Below are positions 22,424-33,802 of a DNA stretch of 45,693 bases, piece after piece. Positions within the stretch are counted from its first letter, which is position 1. Every line of letters starts with the position of its first letter. This DNA comes from Octopus sinensis. Its lineage: Eukaryota. The notes beneath the pieces are model-generated. The model had not been told where the DNA came from. It made no database searches and saw only the letters and a program-made list of their open reading frames with translations. The translations under genes and the position numbers were made by a program. The stretch spans positions 1 through 45,693 of the forward strand of contig NW_021824701.1 of NCBI RefSeq assembly GCF_006345805.1. Reading direction: 5' to 3'.

Positions 22424-22453
22424 TTATTATTATTATATTATTATTATTATTAT

Positions 22454-22540
<87 letters not shown>

Positions 22541-22574
22541 TAGTAGTAGCAGCAGCAGCAGCAACAGCAGCAGT

Positions 22575-22621
<47 letters not shown>

Positions 22622-22622
22622 T
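22424..22622. repeat. Compound (ATT)n-(AGT)n-(AGC)n-(AGT)n microsatellite
   Basis: Direct reading. Confidence 0.95.
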
Positions 22623-23026
22623 ATATTTTACTCTTTGTGTGTATGTATGCATATGTATTCATGGTGTATGTAAGTTTGAGGGAAATTAATACTACACGGG
22701 GCGGGAGAAAGCCTATGGATTAATTAAAAGCAAGAAAATATTCCTAACCTTGCTCTAAAGCAATGGAAAGGTTTATAGCCTAACCCCTGCAGAGAACGGA
22801 TGAAACAAGTAATCAATGTTTCCCCAATAATAACATATGTGTGTGTGTGTGTGTGTATCTTTGTGTGTGTGTGCGCGTGTGTGTGTGTGTGTGTGCATCT
22901 TTGTGTGTGTGTATCTCTTTTTAATTTACAATGAATGTTGACCAGCTACCAGCTTGGTAGTAAGGCTGTGAAGGAAGCCATCTTGTTTTGTTCATTATCC
23001 TTTAAATCTAAAGAGAGTTTTCAGTA

Positions 23027-23480
23027 TGTGTGGCTGTGTGGTAAGTAGCTCGCTTACCAACCACATGTTTCCGGGTTCAGCCTCGAGCCGACGAAAGCCT
23101 TGTGAGTGGATTTGTTAGACGGAAACTGAAAGAAACCCGTCGTATATGTATGTATATATGAGTGTGTGTGTGATGTGTGTTGGTGTGGTGTTTGTGTGTG
23201 AGTGTGTGTGTGAGTGTATGTGTGTGTGCGTGTATGTGTGTGTGTTTGTGTGTGAGTGTGTGTGTGTGAGTGTGTGTGTGTGTGTGCGTGTTTGTCCGCC
23301 CAACATCGCTTGACAACTGATGCTGGTGTGTTTGCTTCCCCGTAACCTGGCAAAAGAGACAGATAGAATAAGTACTAGGCTTACAGAGAATAAGTCCTGG
23401 GGTCGATTTTCTCGACTAAAGGCGGTGCTCCAGCATGGCCGCAGTCAAAACCCTGAAACAAGTAAAAGAGTAAAGAGAGT
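23027..23480 (+). mobile_element. SINE family A with head/CORE deletion and expanded internal (GT)-rich tract
   Basis: gggttcag is joined directly to cctcgagccgacgaaagcc; the tail is intact. Confidence 0.85.
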
Positions 23481-23586
23481 ATGTGTGTATGTGTTTATAA
23501 TGTATGCACATATTCGTGTATGTATGTTTGTTTATGTGTCTATACATGTATGTATGTATGTATGTATGTATGTATGTATGTATGTA

Positions 23587-24152
23587 TTGGGTTGTCTGGA
23601 AAGTTCATGCCGATTTATAGTAGATTACCTTTCGACTTATTTTAGAACATGGTTGAGTCCATAAAATAGGATTTGACTACACCTCCATTTAGAGCACAGT
23701 TTAAGCTATCTTTTCGTGGAAGAAGTTTTATGTTCCTATAACCTGTGTTAATTCTGTAACCCTTTAAAATGGAAGATAAGAAAGTTCATTTTCGGCACTT
23801 GATGCTTTGGGAACCAGACAAAAATTGCTGCAGCTCGGCTGGGATGTGTTACCCCACCCTTCATATTCACCAGATATTGCTCCTTCGGATTTCCACTTAT
23901 TCAGGTCTCTGCAGAATAGTCTTAATGGTAAAAATTTCAATTCCTTGGATGACGTAAAAAGATACCTTGATGAATTGTTTGCCATGAAACCACCCCAATT
24001 CTGGGAAGAGGGTATTTTCAAGTTAAAGGAAAGATGGAGATGCATTGTGCAACAAAGTGGCTTATATTTGGTTGATTAAAAATGTAATGGCAAGTATTTA
24101 TTGACCTTTTTCTTTCCTTTAAAAATCGGCACGAACTTTCCGGACAACCTAA
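23587..24152 (+). mobile_element. Internally deleted mariner (DD34D-type) transposon with both TIRs and TA TSDs
   Basis: TA|TTGGGTTGTCTGGAAAGTTCATGCCGATTT ... AAATCGGCACGAACTTTCCGGACAACCTAA|TA. Transposase N-terminus MEDKKVHFRHLMLWE (23769-23813) is fused out of frame to the C-terminus TRQKLLQLGWDVLPHPSYSPDIAPSDFHLFRSLQN...(23813-24079). Confidence 0.93.
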
Positions 24153-24779
24153 TATGTATGTAGGCATGGATGGCTGGATAGTTAGATGGTTTGGATAAAT
24201 ATCTGGGTTGATGAATCAATGAATGGATCGATTGATGGCTTGTATGTTTTCTCTTTATGATTGGCGTTTCAGAGTTAATTTTAACCGCTGACTGGTTCGG
24301 CGGCAAAGTGATAAATAACAAAAATAGAAGAAGAAATATAATGAAAGATGGTTTTGTTCTTTTTTTCCTCATCATCCACGCAACCCTGCTCATTCTTTAT
24401 GATTTTAGTAGATCTTGCAGACTTCAATTGTCTCGGATATCATGATTATCGGAAGCGTGGGATGTATAAATCGACGCTCTTTTTCCAAAACGTTTCTATA
24501 CTTTGACCTCGGCTTGTTAATACATATCTGGTTGCAGTAATGATAACGGTTATAATGTATTAAGGTTCCATTTGCAAAGCGGAAGCACATACTGTGATCA
24601 ATTTAGAACGAGATATTTTTGATTACAATAACCGGTTTATAATTTATTTATATAATGAGAGGTTCATTAATAATAACCGTTTCATAACATTATGTAGTCG
24701 ACCATGGTGAATATTGAAATGTTCAGCCTACAACGAAGCAGCTAAATACTGTCTTGTGATTAAGTCGATTTTCAAAACC

Positions 24780-24975
24780 GTTTTGTAGCAGCTCGCTACC
24801 CATATCTCAAGATTAATCAGCCGAAATTGCGGGGATGATCCGGTTCTTGACTGAGGATAAAAGGATAAAAGGCTTCGAATGACCCGTCCTTGTTTTTTTG
24901 TATCGGCTATCTGGATGTTTTGTTGTCCCTTTTTGTATCACCTAGTTGCCCGGATGTTTTGCGTACTTGTTTCAT
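24780..24975 (+). repeat. Interspersed repeat family G; second copy inverted at 35950-36140
   Basis: Shared atctcaaga.taatcagccgaaattgc..g.at.atc.gg...cttcgaatgacccgtccttg...tatctggatgttttgttgtccc. Confidence 0.8.
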
Positions 24976-25000
24976 TCGTATTTATTATACATATATATAT

Positions 25001-25031
<31 letters not shown>

Positions 25032-25799
25032 CTATATATATATATATACATACATATATTTTCTTATTTGTGGGTTAAGGCTACCATTGATTTCATGTTT
25101 TCCAAAATGGAGGCAAACACCTTTCTCCATGTGATCGGCTTCAAAATTTGTTAAGATACTTGGATATTTTCCAACTCTTCTTAACATGAAACCAACGGTG
25201 GCCTTAATCAACAAATAAAGAAATTATTTATCCACCAATGCGGTGTTGAGCACTCATTCCATCGCTCTACATTTACGTATATACATATGTGTGTGTATGT
25301 ATATGTGTGTGTTATACATAAATATATACATTACATAAATGTATATGTGTGTGTGTACACATAAATATATACATTACATGAATGTGTGCGCGTGATAAAA
25401 TACGCATGTCCGTTATTAGCATAAAGCCTACTATAGATATGGTATCATAACGTCTAATCTTGCTAGTCTCTGTTTAAAGCTTGTTATTCATTTTCACGAA
25501 ATGATATTCGAGGTGCTGGGGTGCTTTCTGTTGATTTTTGTCTTCTTTTTCCTGTTTTAATTCGTTTCACTTTTGGATAAATTTTCAAACATTTAAAGAA
25601 CGTTACATAACTGCTATCATATAATCTAATTTGTGTTCAGTCAATTGTAAGGTTCCAGCTACCGTACGTCTGTATATGTGAGTGTCTATGTGCGTGTTTG
25701 TGTACGTGTATGTGTATATATACATAAACGAACGCACATATTATATGTCATATATGTGTGTGTGTATAAGCACGCTCGCTCGTGTGTGTGCATGCGTAG

Positions 25800-26235
25800 A
25801 AACACTTCTACTAGTATGTTGGTACTTTCCTTTACGTTCTGAATGAAAATCTTGCCGGGTCAACTTTGCACTTCATGCCTTCTGGATCAATAAAATTAAG
25901 TACCTATTTCTTTATTACCCACAAGGGGCTAAACACAGAGGGGACAAACAAGGACAGACATAGGTATTAAGTCGATTACATCGACCCCAATGCGTAACTG
26001 GTACTTAATTTATCGACCCGAAAATGAATGATGAAAGGCAAAGTCGACCTCGCGGAATTTGAACTCACAACGTAACGGCAGACGAAATACCGCTAAGTAT
26101 TTTGCCCGGCGTGCTAACGTTTCTGCCAGCTCGCCGCCTTAAAATTAAGTACCAGCTGAACGCTGGGGTCGATGTAATCGACTAGGCTCCTCCCAAAAAG
26201 ATTTCAGGCCATGTGCCTATAGCAGAAAGGATTAT
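25800..26235 (+). mobile_element. SINE B (+) interrupted by a full SINE B (-) at 25905-26139 with 14-bp TSD
   Basis: taaaattaagtacc at 25891-25904 and 26140-26153. Confidence 0.9.
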
Positions 26236-26291
26236 TGTTGTTGTTGTTGTTGTTGTTGTTGCCTTTGCACAGCGTCTAACGCTGGAGATGT

Positions 26292-26684
26292 ATTCTTTTA
26301 CTCTTTTACTCTTTTAATTCGTTCAGCCATTTCACTGCGGCCATGCTGGAACACTGCCTTTAGTCGAGCAAATTCTTTATAAGCCTAGTACTTATTCTGT
26401 CGATCTCTTTTGTCGAACCGCTAAGTTGCGGGCACGTAAACACACCAGCATCGGTTGTCAAGCGATGTTGGGGGGACAAACACAGACACACAAACATATA
26501 TACAAACATACATATATATATGATGGGCTTCTTTCAGTTTCCATCTACCAAATCCACTCACAAGGCTTTGATCGTCCCGAGGCTATAGTAGAAGACACTT
26601 GCCGAAGGTGCCACGCGGTGGGACTGAACCTGGAACCATGTGGTTGGTAAGCAAGCTACTTACCACACAGCCACCCCTACGCCT
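26292..26684 (-). mobile_element. SINE family A, near full length
   Basis: Collinear with 11407-11812. A partial SINE B follows at about 26685-26880 (+). Confidence 0.88.
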
Positions 26685-27237
26685 GTGAGCTGTTCACTAC
26701 CAGTGAACTAAGGTAACAGCCCTTATTTTTCGAGTACCTTTCTTTATATTCTGAGATCAAACTCCTTCCAGGTCAACTTTGCGTCTCATCCTTTTGAGAT
26801 CGATAAAATAAGTACCAGTCAAATCGACTGCCCCCTCCCTTCAAAATTGCTGGCCTTGTGCTAAACTTAGAAAGAATTATTACGACAATTTGTAAGTAAT
26901 TCTATATGGATGCTTAGTCTATTAATAATTATTGATAGTCGACGCAACCCGTGAGATATTACATGAATGAGCTATTCATTCACTCTTTAGTTTTCCTTCT
27001 GGGAATACGAATATATAATACATTATTTCTATGTAATCTGCGTATTGGACAAAAACGCTTATTTTCGCTCGGTGACAACCAGAGAAACTGCCTCAGACAA
27101 CACAGAGCAATACAGAGGAAAGCGTCTGAAGACGTGATTCACATGTATGTATTCTTATGTGCTGTACGTATGTGTGAGTATATACATGTATGTATGTGTG
27201 CGTGTGTTTTATGTGTGCAAGTACGTATGCATATTTG

Positions 27238-27278
<41 letters not shown>

Positions 27279-27381
27279 GCGCAAGTATGTATACATATAT
27301 ATGTGCAAGTATGTATATATATATATTTATGTATACATATATATGCTCTTATTCCATTTCCGTTTCTCATATATCTGCGTA

Positions 27382-27665
27382 TACTCTTTTTATTCTTTTA
27401 CTTGTTTCAGTCATTTGACTGCGGCCATGCAGGAGCACCACCTTTAGTCGAACACATCGACCCCGGGACATATTCTTTGAAAGCCTAGTACTTATTTTAT
27501 CGGTCTCTTTTGCCGAATCGCTAAGTTACGGGGACGTAAACACACCAGTATCGGTTGTCAAGCGATGTTGGGGGCACAAACTCAGACACACAAAGACACA
27601 CATATATATATACATATATACGACGGGCTTCTTTCAGTTTCCGTCTACCAAATCCACTCACAAAG
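27382..27665 (-). mobile_element. SINE family A lacking its head, abutting SINE D
   Basis: Tail, microsatellite and caaatccactcacaa, then an abrupt switch of sequence. Confidence 0.85.
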
Positions 27666-27667
27666 AT

Positions 27668-27925
27668 TGTCGCGAGATCGATACCCGGCGGTGTTTCGTT
27701 TCCTTGAGAAACACACTTTATTTCATGTTCCACCAGTCAGCTCAGTAGGCAAAAAAGAGATGTACCTGTATTTCAAAGAGCCATCTTTGTCACATTCTGT
27801 GTGTCACGCTGAATCTCCCTGAGAACTGCGTTAAGAGTACGTGTGTCTGTGGAGTACTCAGCCACTTGCACGTTAATTTCACGAACAGGTTGTTCCGTCA
27901 ATCGTATCATCTAGAACAGAATACC
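27668..27925 (+). mobile_element. SINE family D, 5' truncated
   Basis: ccttgagaaacacactttatttcatgtt...gtcacgctgaatctccctgagaactgcgttaag...cttgcacgttaatttcacg. Homologous to 45266-45580 and to the reverse of 6881-7060. Confidence 0.85.
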
Positions 27926-30280
27926 AGTTTTCTTGTGCGGGGGGGATGTGTGTGTGTATATATATATTTGTGTGTGTGTTTGTATGTATGTGTATTTATA
28001 CACGCACATATATACACACACATATACACATACATACGGATACTACTGGATTCCTCACAGTCTCCATTTTATTAACTACATCTCACTAACTATCCATCAA
28101 CCGGAAGCTATTGAGGAAGACACACGCTCAATGTGCCGTGCAGTCGAATCGAACACAAATCCATCGAAGTTTCAAAAAGAACTTCCTATCGATACGGCTA
28201 GACCATCACATTAATATATATGTGTACGTGTACCTGTGAGTGAGTATACAAGCGTGTTTATATATGTATGCGTGTGTGCGTGTATCTTTCATTATTCGTA
28301 AATATTTTCCCATTAATCATGAAAGCCGTATCTTAGAAACAAGCTGTCGTCGATGAATTTCTAAAAGTTTCACACAAAACCGCATAGCAAATTCATTTCT
28401 TTTCTGTTTTAATATATTTTTTGTGATTTTTTAGGGTTTTTTTTTTAGTTTTTATTTCTTTGTTTTTCTTGTTTTTTATTTGTTACACTTATAACGTTTA
28501 AGTGATTTTGTATGTCTATCCATAAATGTATGCGTATGCTTGTGTACATGTACGTATGTTTGAATGCCTTTGTACACGTGTATATATATGTGTGTGTATG
28601 TGTGCTTGATTGTCTTTGTGTATGTGTATATATATATATACATATACACACACACACACAAACATACATACGTTAATTATTTGTGTGTATATATTTATGT
28701 GTGTGTGTGTATGTATGTGCTTATGTTTATGTATACATGTGTATGTGAGGTTTGTATAATGTAAACGAATCCATTAAGGACGGTAACAGTCTGTACAACC
28801 TTTTTCGCTTTTTGTCTCTGTCCGGTTTTAAATGCATATTCACAAATACTTCCACCTACGGTTATTAATCCTGCAAAATGCCCGCCCATCACGTAGACAG
28901 TCCGAGTAAATGAGTCGACGAGGGAAACTTTATCTAGTTGTTTGACCTACAAGAAATAGCACCTATGTTCCATTAAATCACACTCTAACGCCTTTGAGAG
29001 GATACGTTAGCTATTATATACCTGAGTTCGCAGCACATAGAACGAGACGGGACTGTCACGGCTGGCTGGAGTGCCTTTGTTGATAGGTGTGCACGATCAT
29101 GGGGGATCCAGGCTAAATGATATAAAAAAAAATAATAATTAATGTCAACCGATTTCATAACCTTTAGACAGAGAACTATGTAGATGATATGGTTCTGGGC
29201 ATGCAAACTGTCGGGTTGGTCATGATTGGAACGCCTTTTTATATACATACATTCTTTTATTCTTTTATTACACCATCAAGCGAGTGGGCATCAATGTAAC
29301 CGTTTGACCTACAGGAAACAGTAACGAACCTGTGTTCTCCTCTTCATCTATCTATAACCATAATTAACGGTAATCCAAGGTGGGGAGAGCGTGTACGTGG
29401 CCAATCGGGCTGCTAGAAATAGCACACAAATCTTTCTCAAATACACCCCAGCATCTTTAGGAGCGGAAGGACAAAGTTGATAATAGGTCTAAAAATATGG
29501 ATGCTTCTGGTCATAAATGTATTCGGTCAGATTTGACCTTGGCCGAATCAGCGTCTGTGGTTTTGTTGATAACGTTGCTGTTGTTGTTTAGCCCCGGGTC
29601 AGCAGACTTCGAGCAGCCATGGTCGAGCAGAGCTACGATCAAAACCATAGCTGTCGTGAATTAGAGTTCATCTGTCAAGGGGTTCCATATGCGGTCCTCT
29701 GTCAACCATTGTATTCTTCAGTGAGTTTAAATAGAAGGGCTGCATAATGGAGCTTCAGCGCACAACGAGCCTTTCTTTTTCCTTAGTCTCGCTTCAAGAT
29801 GGTTCCCACTGTCCGTTTCAAGCATCCTTTACACATTTTCTCTGCTGGAGAACTGAATAGATATCCGAGCAACTAACACCGGAGTTGTTTCCCCCCCTTC
29901 CAACAACCACCACTCCCTCGATCTCATCTCAGTTTGTATTATTTTAACTCGTTAATGGTTTTATTTGATTGCTTGAATTCCAAATCGATCTTCTGCCAGA
30001 AACAGCGCTGATCTAGCTGGGATACTGCGGCAGCTGACATCAGTGTGGAATGAAAAGTTTATTGTAACAAAATGCATTATCTTCATTGGAAACTGTCTCC
30101 TGAGGTTTGGATTCAATTTCCTATGTTAAGAAATATATTCATTCTATTTAGCACTGAATGCGTCTCTCATTGTTCGTACTAGCCCTGCTAAACTACGATA
30201 TATGTATGTGTATAATGTGCGTATGCATGCAGGGTCGTGTGATTTTATATATGTGTGTGTGTGCGTGTGTAAATATATAC

Positions 30281-30327
<47 letters not shown>

Positions 30328-31370
30328 GTATGATGTATGTATGTATATACATATCACACAACCCCACACACACAGACACACACACAAACAACACTATATA
30401 TATAATATATATATATATAATTATATATAACCGTACAAAAGTATGTGATATGTACTAGTCAGCATACTTATATGTATATGTATGTATGTACGTACGAATA
30501 TATATATATATATGTGTTTGTATGTAAATATACATGTGTATGTTTACATTCATTTATCTGAGTATACATAAATGTGTGCGTGTGTGTACGTGTATGTGTG
30601 TGTCTGTATGTTTGTGTGAGTGTGTGTGTACTCAATTGCATATTTGCATATCTATATGTGCGTATAGAAACTTAATGCATGCTAACCTTCTGGGATGATT
30701 AGTGTTTGTATTTGGTTTACAAGCTTATTCACGTGAACTCGTGTCTTGGAAACATATTTTGTAGTATCTCTGCTGCCAGTAATAAGTACACGCACTAGTT
30801 CTATTTCAATTCATTATTTCTTAATTAATCAATTGATTGGTTACACATTTTGACACTGCCTTTGATGGGTCATAGGTACAATCTTCTATTTTGACGTGGT
30901 TTTATGACACCCAGGTAGTCAAGATTAATACTGAGGTTCATAGCTATATGTTCATACTTTTATGATTAACGTAGATGTGCAAAGGTAGCTAGACTGCGAT
31001 CGAAAGAGAAAATACGAAACATGCAATTGTACAAAGTCACTATTCATCTTTTGAGTTACAAATATGTTTTATTGAATATATGAAACGGTTTAAGATACAT
31101 ATCTATAGCAACTAGGATTGTAAAAAGATTTCATTTAATTTCATATGTATAATTTTTATACACAAACATCAAATATTCTGAAGTATTCCGGCCAACATCG
31201 GAATTTCCAGAGGGTAGTATAAACTATGTCATTTATCAGAAGTTGGTTCTATATGTATGCTTGTATGTATGTATTTATGTATGTGTGTATGTATGCATGT
31301 ATGTATCTATCGATCTATCTATCTATCTATCTAAGTTATGCAAACATTCATACATACATACATACATACA

Positions 31371-31402
<32 letters not shown>

Positions 31403-31662
31403 AATATACATATATATATATATCATATAATAATATATATATATATATGTGTGTGTGTGTATGTATATATGTATATATATGTGTGTGTGTGTGTGTTAAA
31501 TTCATAAGAATCTTATAAACTATTGAGTGAACGTAAAATAATTCTGTTTTGGGAAAAATTGTTCTCGAAGCGCATCTAATATAGCTAAGTGAAAAAATCC
31601 TTCTATACTAAATACATATGTATGTATATTATCTATATATATATATAATATATATATATATA

Positions 31663-31695
<33 letters not shown>

Positions 31696-31758
31696 GTGTG
31701 TGGTGTGTGGTGTTGGTTTGTGTGTGTGTGTATGCGTGTGGTGTGTGTGTTTCTTTGT

Positions 31759-31835
<77 letters not shown>

Positions 31836-32004
31836 CATATGAAAAATATATGGTCTAATTTCTTTTTCTTTTTTTCTTTTTTCCTGTCCATTCTCAACGA
31901 ACCATCACCACTACTACCACCGTACGACCAACATAAATGAACACTACGAACATTATAACCAATAATAATAAAAATAACAACATCAACTTCTACGCAAACA
32001 ACAG

Positions 32005-32336
32005 TTCGCGGGCCTTCACAGAAAAAGTTCGCTACAAACGCAAAACGCTACAGATGATGTCCCGTCCGTTAAAACGATGGCTGCAGGAGAACAGTAAAAA
32101 TCCTTATCCGTCCCGAGCTGTTAAACAGACACTAGCAAAACGTTCACAGATGACGCTCACACAAGTATCAAACTGGTTCGCCAACATGCGACGACGCCTT
32201 AAGAATACTGTTCCATGTAGAGACGGATCTTGGTCGACTCGAATTACAAAGTACAACGACTTCGTGGAGGGCAACGCAGAACGATTTAGCGATTGGTCGG
32301 ACGGAGACAGCTGCGACCTCGATGACACAGATACAG
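32005..32336 (+). CDS. Mkx: Homeobox exon of a Mohawk-type TALE homeodomain transcription factor
   Basis: ORF 31937-32350 encodes [62 protein letters not shown], with the TALE NPYP insertion and WFAN helix 3 (Ala50, IRX/MKX class). It is followed by [21 protein letters not shown], matching the MKX motif SWALRIKLYNKYVQGNAERLS as recalled. The exon ends at a CAG|GTAAGA donor (32336/32337, phase 1). The start is either the first AG acceptor (32003-32004, phase 2) or ATG 31937, which has an in-frame TAA directly before it. Confidence 0.9.
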
Positions 32337-32416
32337 GTAAGAGACAATAGCTTTTCACCATGTGTGTATCTATTGTGTTATGCTTGTTGTGTCTAATAAA
32401 ATACGCGTCTCTGTAT

Positions 32417-32461
<45 letters not shown>

Positions 32462-32495
32462 CCTAGGTCCGTGTGTGGTTTCCGCTTCATCGGGG

Positions 32496-32554
<59 letters not shown>

Positions 32555-32667
32555 TACAAGGTTTTGTCTATATGCAAACGTATGTATATATGTATATATA
32601 TATATAAATACATTTATACATAATATTTACGTATTATGTACATATTATACCATAATATATTATATAT

Positions 32668-32698
<31 letters not shown>

Positions 32699-32722
32699 TA
32701 TATATAAGTACTTCATATATAA

Positions 32723-32753
<31 letters not shown>

Positions 32754-32785
32754 ATATATGTACATAATATGTACATATATATATA

Positions 32786-33686
32786 CAGGGTGCGGAAAAT
32801 GATTTTGACATTTTCTAGGTTTAATAAAAGCGAATAGAGTAAAGAACGAAAAATGGGTACCATTTTGTTTCATTTGATTTTGACAATTAAATCAGTCAAT
32901 AATTAAATCAGTCAATTAAATCAAGTCAAGTTGCTGTCCACACACTGTCGAAAGTTGTCGTGAAAGTTGTCCATAACTCGACGGGTCATTTCATGTGGAA
33001 TGGCAACAATTTCTTGACGAATGGCATCTTTTTATTGTTCAATAGATCGAGGGTGATGAGTGTATACCTCTGATTCCATGTACCTCCACAGAAAAAAAAA
33101 TTGCACGGGTTCGAATTAGGTGATCGGGCGGGCTAACCGATGTCACCGCGCAATGAGATCAAATGACAGGGGAACATCTCCCTCAAAATCCCCATCGTAC
33201 GTCGAGAAGTGTGGGCTGTTGCCCCACCCTGTTGAAACCAAACAGTGTCCCTATCGTCAAGTTCATTCAATTTCGGTTTCAGAAAAGTCTCTAGCATCAC
33301 ACGAGATCGATCAGAGTTTACAGTCACTGTAACATTGTCTTCTTCGAAGGAGCACGAACCCCAAATGCCGAATTCTGCTGCCGCAGAATTTCGAGTAGGT
33401 ACGGATTCATGTCTACCTAACCTTAAGTGCATACGGGACGCTCTTCGTGTTGCAGTTACGGATTCGTTGTTCTTCATAAACGTTTCGACAATGAAAGCGC
33501 GATGCTCACCCGTCCAGTACGTGTTGGCAACTGAAAGCGAAGTGAAATAATATGTTACAAATTGCACCTATTGAAACAAAATGGCATTATATGTAGATTT
33601 CGAAAATAAAAACATATTTTTCGTTCTTTACTCAATTTCACTTTTATTAAATCTACAAATGTGTCAGATCATTTTGCCGCACCCTG
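32786..33686 (-). mobile_element. Defective rosa-type (DD41D) Tc1/mariner transposon with TIRs and TA TSDs
   Basis: TA|CAGGGTGCGGAAAATGATTTTGACA ... TGTCAGATCATTTTGCCGCACCCTG|TA. The minus strand encodes WTGEHRAFIVETF...WFQQ(G)GATAHT...RGDIG*PARSPNSNPC(N)FF. There are 41 residues between the second and third catalytic positions, both mutated, and the first-D region is deleted. Confidence 0.9.
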
Positions 33687-33750
33687 TATTATATATATAT
33701 ATTGTATGTACACATACTATATATATATAAGTATAAAGACATATATAACA

Positions 33751-33802
<52 letters not shown>

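Noticed and set aside
24845-24885. CTGAGGA...GAAT in family G as a hammerhead
   Set aside because: There is no helix II pairing, GAAA is incomplete, and the core is not retained in the second copy.
31937-31963. MNTT.. resembling the vertebrate MKX start MNTI..
   Set aside because: A three-residue match in Asn-rich low-complexity sequence cannot identify the start codon.
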